From the NCBI GenBank assembly GCA_002269645.1, contig NIVC01001205.1, forward strand, positions 186,001 through 250,000: a DNA stretch of 64,000 nucleotides, read 5' to 3'. This stretch comes from Macrostomum lignano. Taxonomy: Eukaryota. Positions 9,816 through 19,633 of this stretch are shown piece after piece. Every line of letters begins with the position of its first letter. Position 1 is the first letter of the stretch. A program made the position numbers and the translations under genes. The notes beneath the pieces are model-generated. The model was not told the DNA's origin. It did no database searches and worked only from the letters and a program-made list of their open reading frames with translations.

Positions 9816-12165
9816 TTACTATAGTAGGACTTTTTGTAAATCCATCTCATTGAAAAATTTCAGTTCTGACGAAAGAGCCTTCAGCCAAGAGCTGCACGAA
9901 GCCATGAATGCAGCAGGGTTCGTGACGGACAGAGCCCGCGTGATGGCAGCGGTTGTAAATTGTGAGCAGGACATCCTACGAGCCAGGTGGAAAAGTGAAA
10001 GCATCTATATAGTGGGAAGTTATGCCGAGTGTTGGGGCAACAACCGCTCAAGAATGAATGGCACCACGGATTTGAAATCAGATGTGGACATAGTTGATTT
10101 GAACCGCACGGCATTATTCCACGTCAAAGAACAATGTCAGTGCACAATCGATGCCCAACATTCATTGGTTGCAGCTGCTATGCGTAAACACGATGCACGG
10201 AACACTTTTGAGTATTTCCAAGGTCATTTATGCATCTCTGGAATAAGTAAGTCGCATGCCGATTTTGAGTACTCCAGTGGGATACGCGGAAATTTTAATT
10301 GGAGGAGCTGCAACCCTAAGGGTACCGATGTTTGGTGTCTTAGTGGGCGCCACTATCTCTTGGTGGTTGCCCCTGTTTCTTAGTGGTTGCCCCTGTCTCT
10401 TGGTGGTCACCCCTGTCTCTTGGTGGTCGCCCCTGTCTCTTGGTGGTCACCCCTGTCTCTTCGTGGTCGCCCCTGTCTCTTGGTGTGCGCCACTGTCTCT
10501 TCGGCGCTCCTGTCTCTTGGTGGTCACCCCTGTCTCTTGGTGTGCGCCCCTGTCTCTTGGTAGTCGCTCCTGTCTCTTGGTGGTCACCCCTGTATCTTGG
10601 TGGTCACCCCTGTCTCTTGGTGGTCACCCCTGTCTCTTGGTGGTCAAACAGGGTGAGATCGGTGGATGTCATGTTCAAGAGGTTGTGAAGGTAAATCCTG
10701 TTATTAGTTTATCTTAGTTTCCTATTACCTATCATATCCCACAGCTTCCAAGCCAGCTCAGTCGTGGGACGGATTTTCTATTCTGAGGCCTGCAACTGAC
10801 CTTGTGCAGGCATTCAAGCTATGCACCTATCCTCGAATCCAACTACTCGAGCCGGGATACACTACCCAGATTCCTGAAGACATCATCGAGCAGCTCAAAT
10901 GCGACTTGAAGAACTATCCGTATCACGTCGTTAAGGCAGCTCCGCCAGGTGAGGAAGGTAAAAAATGTAGAGGAAGTGCAGCATTTCTTGAGAATCGGCT
11001 TCTGCGTAGCATGACTACTGTTCAGGGACAGGTGTACAGCGTGATTAAAGACCTGGTGAAAGAAGAGATTAGCAAAAGAGCCATAGGCCTGAGGTCTTAC
11101 CACGCGAAGACATTGATGTTTCAACTGCTTGACAAGATACCGCGCGATGACTGGAAGGTTGAAAATTTCATCAAGATAGTCCGGATCGCTCTTGAAATGC
11201 TGCGAACGGCCTTACTGCAAGAGCCTCAGTCCTCAAAGTGCATGAGCCACTTCTTCTTTCGTGACGCGCCGCTTTATTTAAAAATTGATCACAACGAGAA
11301 AAGCCAAATTGCGGAGGCTGTGGCGGCGATTGAGGCAAACCTCATTGGCTTTTTGAGACAGTTCAAGGATCAGCTGCAACCTCTGGTTGGTGGAGGCAAT
11401 TTGGTGTTTCACCCGTTCATGCTGGTACCAGATCCTTCGCCGCCATCTCTGAACTACTCACGGGACACCCCGCTGTACTACTACGAAGTGTACACGGCAG
11501 TGCGGGATGCCCTACTCAGTTTATCCAGTGCCGAGAGTCGAGATGTTGGCCATCGCGACCTGCTGCGCAATCTCTCCAAGATTCCTGACTTTGCTCGCAT
11601 CGCGCGGGAAACGCTGAAAGCGCTGGCTTTATTGGATCTCGGGAAAAATGATGAAGCCAAGAAGATCTTGCGCGCTTGTCTCGGACACCAGGTTTCCAAG
11701 GGAGTACCAATATCCGTGAACGATCCATCGTCAGACCCCGAGTTGTTGAAGGAAAGCGTCAAAAGGCACCTAGAAAGTGTTGACTCCGCTTGGATGTTCT
11801 GCTTTGTCTTCAACAAGCCTCTGCAACTTTCCATGCTTCCCGAATATGCAAGACAGCTCTTCCCCAAGTGCATACTCTACGTCAACGTGTACTACTTGAA
11901 CTTCAACGCCCTGTTCAAGTTTCTCTGCCTTGATCAAAGTATTGTCAACACTTCAACATCGGCTGTATGGTTCGAAGACTCTTTGCAGAGTCACGATTCT
12001 CAGGAGGTTTTGACAACGCTGGAATTCTGTCGGGACACGCAACTGAAAGCCAAACTAATCCGCAGAGCTGCTGGGACCATGGCCGATCAGATTAACGACT
12101 TTCAAGCGATTTGGGCCCTGCTGGCGAAGGACGTGAGTAGCATTGCCGTCTTTCATGCACTGTAG
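9816..12165 (+). CDS. Mab-21/cGAS-like nucleotidyltransferase (cGLR) paralog 2; exons ~9816-10246 and 10745-12165
   Basis: NTase motifs IVGSYAE and SDVDIV, third Asp in TDLVQAF, GLRSYHAKTLMF and CMSHFFF. Donor GTAAGT at 10247 and acceptor CCCACAG at 10744 join in phase 1 (ISGI-T-SKPAQ). AATAAA follows at 12169. Confidence 0.9.
10340..10650. repeat. GTCGCCCCTGTCTCTTGGTG minisatellite (family copy 3) in a cGLR2 intron
   Basis: Tandem ~20-bp units inside the 10247-10744 intron. Confidence 0.9.
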
Positions 12166-13482
12166 CGAAATAAATAAACTATTTAATTAGAATTAAAAAT
12201 GAACAAAACGGCCAGTGCGGCGCCGGGCCCAAATGAGTATGTCTAAGGCATTTAATTAGGGAGGTTAAGTGTAGATAAGACAAGGAGGGGTGGATTGCCC
12301 GACAAAGAAAGAGGCGAGGTCAAAGAGCCAATCAGAGAGCTGCGAGGGAGAGAGAGAGAGAAAAATATCGAGACTGAACTAAGACAGAGAGGGGAGAGCA
12401 AACAGAGACAAGTGAAGGTGAACTAAGAAATGACTAAGAAGGTCGCGTCGTGTACGCTGTGATGTTATCAAAAAATAATAATAAAGTGTAAATTGAATGT
12501 TGTTTCAAGAAATTGTCTGAAAATGAAAGAAACCGCTAACGGGAATCTGAATATTATGAATCTTAATCGTAAAAGAAACACTCCAAAAGTTCCGTTTGAG
12601 TTTTTGGGTCATGCGAATGTATCAGCAGCAACCATGGTGATCAACTGCAGCCCGAGCTGATCCGAGTGTGCACCCAGCTCACCATCGACGAGGCAGTGGC
12701 CAGGGTTCGACGCACCAGCCCGGAGGCCGTGCAGGCAGGTGGAGAGCAGCGGTTTCGAGATTGTCAGCAACCAGCAGTTCGGCCGCCCCTGTTGGTGCAA
12801 TGATCGACTCGTGTCCGAGTGAGCTAGACTCAACTGGCTGATTTGTTGGCCACAGTCAAAGGATGACGTCATGTTTTAGAGTACTTACTTTAGGCTTTCT
12901 CTAGATCGAACTCGTGTAGGCCACTACGGGGTCGTGTCGAAGTTGATTCCAAGCGCATTAGTAGCCCTCTGTCAGCACCTGTACATGTACACATTCTCCT
13001 TACTCATTTGTAACATAATATATCATAAACATATATAATCTTTTCAGGCAGTCATGACTGTCTAACATAATCGAATTACAGTCATTAAGTTTTGTCAATT
13101 TCTATTGTACTAAAAGCTACTCTAAGTAGAGTACAAAAACACACCCAGAAATTGCCAGAATTCGACAATCCATTCGAACAGTGGGACAGCGTTGAACTAA
13201 AAATATTATAAATTAAAGCAACAATTTCTAGTGAGAAGTTTCCAGATTGAGCTCTTATCGGCTCTGAGATTCAAGCTGCTGCTACTACTGAAGACTTTGG
13301 TTCGCGGGCGGCCCTGCGGCCTAACTCTGGCGGCCTCAGCAACTCGGCTGCTGTCACGATCGCAGCTCCACAGTGAGACGTGACTCGGACAGCCACATCG
13401 GACCTGCAACTGCAGCAGAACCTCAGCTGAGGCCGCGCCACTCAATCTGGCGAGATTCCACGCCCTCCACGCATTCCAGCAG

Positions 13483-13625
13483 CAGCTCGAGTGGATAAAT
13501 GCCGACTTGCAAGGCCTGCCCAAATTTGCAACTCAAAGTGGCCGCTCCAATCAGAGACTCCCATTGGCGACTCAGCAAATGCAGCACCGCCAGCTACTCG
13601 CTGCCTGCCTCGCCGCAGCCACTGC
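13483..13625 (+). pseudogene. Truncated duplicate of the promoter, 5'UTR and first ~15 codons of the C-type lectin gene at 62540
   Basis: A 143-bp block highly similar to 62444-62586. ATG at 13579 gives MQHRQLLAACLAAAT, then the sequence runs into a 35-bp minisatellite. Confidence 0.8.
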
Positions 13626-13857
13626 CAGTCTCTGGCATTGGACATCTGGCTCAGTGCTGCCAGCCTCTGGCATTGGACATCTGGCTCAGTGCTGCCAGCC
13701 TCTGGCATTGGACATCTGGCTCAGTGCTGCCAGCCTCTGGCATTGGACAGCTGGCTCAGTGCTGCCAGTCTCTGGCATTGGACATCTGGCTCACTGCTGC
13801 CAGTCTCTGGCATTGGACAGCTGGCTCACTGCTGCCAGTCTCTGGCATTGGACAGCT
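13626..13857. repeat. 35-bp minisatellite CAGTCTCTGGCATTGGACATCTGGCTCAGTGCTGC
   Basis: About 6.5 tandem units. Confidence 0.95.
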
Positions 13858-13940
13858 TGATTATTTTCATTTTCAGTATCGACCGCCTCATCTGGCGGCT
13901 GTCCTCGCACTGCAGCAAAATGTTTCAGCTTGCACAAATT

Positions 13941-15223
13941 TCAGGAAATATCAAAAAGTTGCTTCGAAGCCGACTGAGCGCTCGAACTCGCGGTTGCAGC
14001 AGCGGCAGCTTCTCTGCCGTCACGCTGGTGCTGCTTCAGAAGCAGCATTTCCATCTCCTTCAGCGAGTAGGAGAAGCCAAAGTTGTGACTCCAAATAACT
14101 CCCTCATCATGAGCACCTCCGATGGCAGCAGATGAGTTTTTGTACTCTCCGTTCGGGTGGGTGTGGAAACAGACTTTGAACCACCAGGCACCTTTAAACC
14201 TTGTTGCGCAGTTGCCAGAGCTGGTGTCGTGATCGGCGTCCTTCGTGGTGAACTGCATGCCGCTGCTGTAGGTGAGGCTGACGCCGATGCCGGCGCTGCC
14301 GGAGAAGCCGGAGACGCTCAGCCGGTAGTTGTCAGACTCGGGACCCACGGAGAAGCTGGAGTACTCGGCCCAGTGCTCAGAGTCGTTCCACGCCTTCATC
14401 AGGATCCTCAGCTTCCGAGGACCAGAAGCAGTGAGAGCGTGGAGAGAGTTCAGGCCTGGGAAGATGCGGGCGTCATGGCGCTGTTTGTCATTGAAATCCG
14501 AACTGGAAAAGCAAGCGAATGCAGCAGATCCGGGATGCACTCACCGATCCAGTAGTTTCTGTCGGGTCCCTCGCCGAACTCGCTCTGGTACTGAGTCCAG
14601 TTGTGGTAAAAGTCCACTGAGCCGGACAGCCTGTGCTGCACGGTGGTCCAGCAGTCACTGCCGGCTGTCTGCAAGGTGACAGGCGCACAGGTGTGCCAGC
14701 TCCAGCAGTCACTGCCGGCTGTCTGCAAGGTGACAGGCGCACAGGTGTGCCAGCTCCAGCAGTCACTGCCGGCTGTCTGCAAGGTGACAGGCGCACAGGT
14801 GTGCCAGCTCCAGCAGTCACTGCCGGCTGTCTGCAAGATGACAGGTGCACAGGTGCGCCAGCTCTTCTACTCTGCGTTAACGCTGACATGTCCAACTGAG
14901 TGACTCACCCGCACCCGCTGAGCTCCCTTGTTCGCATTGCGGCACTTGCTGCAGTGGCTCAGGCCCAGGCGGCACCTGAAGTGAGCGCACAGGCCGGAGC
15001 TGGCGCTGAACGACATCAGCTGCACAGCGGAGTCGCTGCTGGCACCCACCGCGCATTCAAACTCGCCTCGGGCTGGCAGCGACTTCACGGCCTCGTAGTC
15101 GGAGAGGCTCTCGCGGCTCGACTGCCACGTCTGCCCGGAGTCGGCGGCGGCTTCGGTCACGTGATGCAGCACTGCAGCCAGCAGCAGCAGCAGAGCGACT
15201 TGACGAGCGACTTGGAGCTGCAT
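13941..15223 (-). CDS. Secreted fibrinogen-related domain (FReD) protein with a degenerate PAN/Apple-like N-domain; exons 15223-14909, 14830(or 14776/14722/14668)-14545, 14455-13941
   Basis: Signal peptide [22 protein letters not shown] motifs [18 protein letters not shown]|LNSLH (restored by the 14544-14456 intron), FTTKDADHD and [27 protein letters not shown] donors at 14908 and 14544; a 5'UTR-exon donor at 16205. Confidence 0.9.
14650..14850. repeat. 54-bp tandem repeat (about 3.7 copies), each unit containing the FReD exon-2 acceptor
   Basis: On the minus strand each unit reads ...CTTGCAG|ACAGCCGGCAGTGACTGCTGG. Confidence 0.95.
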
Positions 15224-15825
15224 TGGTCTGAGTGTGGAATGTCGGGTTGGAGCTGCATTTGGTCTGAGTGTGGAATGTCGGGTTGGAGCTGCATTTGGTC
15301 TGAGTGTGGAATGTCGGGTTGGAGCTGCATTTGGTCTGAGTGTGGAATGTCGGGTTGGAGCTGCATTTGGTCTGAGTGTGGAATGTCGGGTTGGAGCTTC
15401 ATTTGCTCTGAGTGTGGAATGTCGGGTTGGAGCTGCATTTGGTCTGAGTGTGGAATGTCGGGTTGGAGCTGCATTTGGTCTGAGTGTGGAATGTCGGGTT
15501 GGAGCTGCATTGGTCTGAGTGTGGAATGTCGGGTTGGAGCTGCATTTGGTCTGAGTGTGGAATGTCGGGTTTGGCGCTGCATTTGGTCTGAGTGTGGAAT
15601 GTCGGGTTGGAGCTGCATTTGGTCTGAGTGTGGAATGTCGGGTTAGAGCTGCATTTGGTCTGAGTGTGGAATGTCGGGTTGGAGCTGCATTTGGTCTGAG
15701 TGTGGAATGTCGGGTTGGAGCTGCATTTGGTCTGAGTGTGGAATGTCGGGTTGGAGCTGCATTTGGTCTGAGTGTGGAATGGCGGGTTGGAGCTGCATTG
15801 GTCTGAGTGTGGAATGTCGGGTTTT
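15212..15825. repeat. 36-bp minisatellite (35-bp variants) whose last unit supplies the FReD acceptor and ATG
   Basis: About 17 units of TTGGAGCTGCATTTGGTCTGAGTGTGGAATGTCGGG. Confidence 0.95.
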
Positions 15826-15899
15826 GCGCCAGAAGAAGGCGGAGACAGAGGGCGGAAGAAGAGGGCGGAAGGAGAGGGAGGAGGGAGAGGGTGGAGGGA

Positions 15900-16155
15900 G
15901 GGCGGATGTAGAGGGCGGATGTAGAGGGCGGATGTAGAGGGAGGATGTAGAGGGCGGATGTAGAGGGCGGATGTAGAGGGCGGATGTAGAGGGCGGATGT
16001 AGAGGATGTAGAGGGCGGATGTAGAGGGCGGATGTAGAGGGCGGATGTAGAGGATGTAGAGGGCGGATGTAGAGGGCGGATGTAGAGGGCGGATGTAGAG
16101 GGCGGATGTAGAGGGCGGATGTAGAGGGCGGATGCAGAGGGCGGATGTAGAGGGT
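15900..16155. repeat. 13-bp minisatellite GTAGAGGGCGGAT
   Basis: About 19 tandem units in the FReD 5'UTR intron. Confidence 0.95.
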
Positions 16156-16326
16156 GGAAGAAGAGGGCCGAATCCCAGCTCATGCCCCGTGCTCAACAGA
16201 CTCACCAGTTCAGCTGACTCTGCCGTGGTCTCTCAGAATTTCACAAGTCAGTCCGCAGTCCCTCAGCACGAGCCATGATGCGAGCCCAATATAAAAGCTC
16301 CGAGTCTGAATTATGCAGCAGTTGCG

Positions 16327-16340
16327 GTCGCCATGGCAAC
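16327..16340. promoter_or_regulatory. RFX X-box-like site GTCGCCATGGCAAC upstream of the FReD 5'UTR exon
   Basis: One mismatch from the palindrome GTTGCCATGGCAAC, about 120 bp upstream of the donor at 16205. Confidence 0.35.
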
Positions 16341-17430
16341 CAGGCAGCTCTGGCTTTCAGCAGGGAATGCCTCTCTCAGAGGCGGTAGGGGGGCCTTGCA
16401 GCTGACTGCAGCTCACTGCATGCACAGCGGGGCTGCATTCGAAGGCTCTGCTGGCCCGGCTTGGAGGCTGAGGCGCAGCTGATGGCGGCAGAGCCGCTGC
16501 AGTTGCTGCGGGCGGCCGCACGGCCTCCCTGCCTGACTTTGCATGCGGGCTGCGGGAGCGCCGGCCCGGAGCTGCGACTGCCGCCCGCATCGGCCTCTGG
16601 CGGCAGGGGCTGCCCGTGGGACGGCCGTCGGACTGGGGCTTGAGAGTAGAGAGAAGGGATGCGGAAGGGAAACTGGGTCCGATCCGGACCAATTCATTTG
16701 TCAAAATCACTCAGCAAATGCAACAGTATAACTCATAATTCAATGAGAAGAGAAATTTATCCCAGTCTCTCGTCCCCATCAGGCTCTTCTCCATGCGGGA
16801 TGCGCAGTATGCTGGGGCCGCCCGCAGCACCGGGATATGGAAGTGACGTCAAGAGTGGGGCCCAGGCAGACCAGCTCCAGCAGGAAAATTCAATTGTCTC
16901 TCCATTCCTTGATCTTCTAATTCCCTAGATAATTCCTCCATTTCATAGGCCTCAAACACTGTTAGACCCACATATATGAATTGAACTATCTACCTGTAGC
17001 AATGGCCGTGGATGGTTCATTAGATATAATTTGTTAAATCTTGGATTATCATATTAAGTTGATGATAATCCATTCAAGCTTCCTACAATTTTTTTAAATT
17101 CCTAAAGCAACTCAATGAAGTGCTTAATTGGAGCTCTCTTTTTCTATCGACATCGATTCTAGGTATGTTTTTCCATTGTATCAACGTTTAGCCAATGAAA
17201 ATGTGTCGTATGAGTATGACTTGGTCATCCATCCATTGATGGAATGTAAAAAAGCATATTTTCCATTGGCATTGATAGCTGATGTAGATCGATACAGCTG
17301 CACTGTCAGATTGCTAGGGCCTATACATGGATAGAACAGGAAGGAGAGCTACAACGATGAAACTCTGGAGACTGGAGTATTTTGGAAGAAAACATATCAG
17401 TTTACCACCACATCCTCTATCGCAGATCAA

Positions 17431-17772
17431 AAGGGGGGCCGTAGCCCAGCGGTAGCGCAGCTGCTCTGGTGTGCCAGCGACCCAGGCTCGATTCCAAGTG
17501 CAGTCACATTAATTTGGAGCTGAATTGGAATCTCGGCTTGGCTCTGCTCGTGCAATTAATTGCCTTGAGAGCCAACCCCCAAGGCGCAGTGAAGTGTACA
17601 TGCCTAACGATAATATAAAGTTAGGGCCACTGTACACTCCTGTGTGAGTGTGTGCCTGCGTACGTATCCGCGCGCTTGTATGCCTGCGCAGTAATGCCTC
17701 TCGCCGGTTGTGTGCCTATGTCGCTTAAAGTGCGCCAGTGTGCACACAAAACCCCCCTGCCTCTAATAAAAA
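17431..17772 (+). mobile_element. tRNA-derived SINE, full length, with a 12-bp TSD
   Basis: A-box TAGCCCAGCGG, B-box-like GGCTCGATTCC and an AATAAAAAA tail. ATCGCAGATCAA is duplicated at 17419-17430 and 17773-17784. Confidence 0.88.
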
Positions 17773-19633
17773 ATCGCAGATCAATGTGCAGAGAAAGATA
17801 GACAAGTGCATTTCGACCCAAGGATTCTTCAGTCCTAGAACTGTTCTGACATACTTTGTAAATGTATTTTTGTTTGATTTTTTGTATTAAGCAGTGGTTC
17901 AAGAATGCATGAGTATTAATGCCCATGGAAAATTTATCAACAATGGTCAAACAAATGTCTGCTTGAGGATGTAAGGTCATGGTTAGTTGCTCATACATAT
18001 ACATTTACATGTATAACCTTACAACTTTATTATACTATGTTACACTAACCAAAGCCAGGTTAAAGTTTACATGTACATGTACACATGACTGGTTTAAATA
18101 ATAACACACTGCACTAGCTCGTAGTGTTAGTAATAAAATTAAAATGCTTAAATTCTGCCTTGCCAATTGCCCCTATTTGACCCCGACTTAAGTCCAAACC
18201 TGATGTCCTGAGTCCTAACCTAGACCTACCCAACCTTCTAGTTCTACTGAGGAATGGAGTCGAGCCAATATAAATACCTTGCGCTAAATTCATATTTTTC
18301 TATTAATATAATGCTGTAAAATTAAAAATTGGAAGGTCGAGGATTAGTAATTTTAAATTTTGAGGACTTAAGCCTAGTAATCATATAACAAGCAAATAAA
18401 AATTCCTTTCTAGGGGACATTTCGTCAAAGACATTTTCGTCAAAGCCTTTTCGTCAAATAGTCATTTCGTCATTTCGTCAAACGCAGTAGATTGAATAAA
18501 GCCGTAAAAATAGTTTTATAAACTTTTAGTAACTAGGTTTAGTTTATCGCCCTGTTAGAATGAGTTAACTTATTATCTTAAAGGGACTTAAATTTATCAA
18601 AATTTTGTTTAAGCGAATGGTTTCTAAAAAAGAATCATGCGTATTCAAAAAGTAATTGTGGTAGTCGGATACCACCAATTGCTCAATTTGAAATTTGATT
18701 TTTAATCACATTACATTTTCTGGACTTTAAAATTATGCTTGCCCCCATTCTGGTCCCCGTTTGTCCACCCCCTGGCGCAAGTTGTGACGTATCCTGCCCC
18801 TTTTCTGTTCCCCTCGCCCCATTTTCTGGCGTTGTTCGTCCAATTTATGTTTTAAATTTGTTTTTCTATGTGTTTCTGCGGCAATTTTTGCTGAATCCTT
18901 TTTGGCCTTTGCGTTTTCGCCCTTCCCCAGTTTCTGGGCCTCGCAAGCCTTTTTGTGTCCTGTTTCCTGGGTATTTATTCCCGCCCCTTGCGCCTGTCCT
19001 CTCCTCTGACGTCCCTTTAACTCCCTTTTCCGCCTCGCCCTTAACTTAATAACGTTTATTTAACGCAAACGACTACTTGAAGGAAAATCTAACTTTAATT
19101 TTATTTGAGTAAAGCCCGCACCGCGGCACCCCTGAACATTAACGTCTGTCGCAGCTCGTTCAAGTAATATTACTTTAACCATAATAACTTGATTTACCGA
19201 ATAATAAATAATCAAGCCAACAGTTACAGCATCTTATTACTTCATCTCTGGAATAAAAGCCATAGCTTATCTTAAGTCATTTGCCTGTGGGGCGTAAAAT
19301 ATAACCCCGTCTCATCTCGAAGCAAGCTCTGAGACTTCAACGTTCCGCGTAATACGTAAATTACGGTGGTGGCAGCGCTACTCTACTAACAGTAATCAGT
19401 CAAGCAATCGAAGTGCATTAACTACGGTGTCTGAGGACCCTCTCTGAACGCTCGCGCCTAACGAAGACCGCTCGTCTACGACCGAAACTACCCTCCCCCC
19501 GGAATTGAGGACCCCGGCAGTCGGAGTAAAACAGGAGGCAAACTTCCGTTGTGATTCATCTGCGCGATCTTCCGGCTTCAATTCGTGCGAACGCAACGAC
19601 GACCGGTTTCGAAGAAACCCCGAGTTCAAAATC

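Noticed and set aside
16340-17400. GC-rich exon-like segment and adjacent stop-riddled frames
   Set aside because: No recognisable motif or consistent splice model; probably a decayed gene or TE.
17434-17510. tRNA gene candidates (also 51805-51876 on the minus strand)
   Set aside because: Acceptor and anticodon stems do not pair properly, and both continue into SINE bodies.
18180-18490. CCTAACCTAGACC motif and short CATTTCGTCA repeats suggesting a transposon end
   Set aside because: No partner terminus or TSD could be located.
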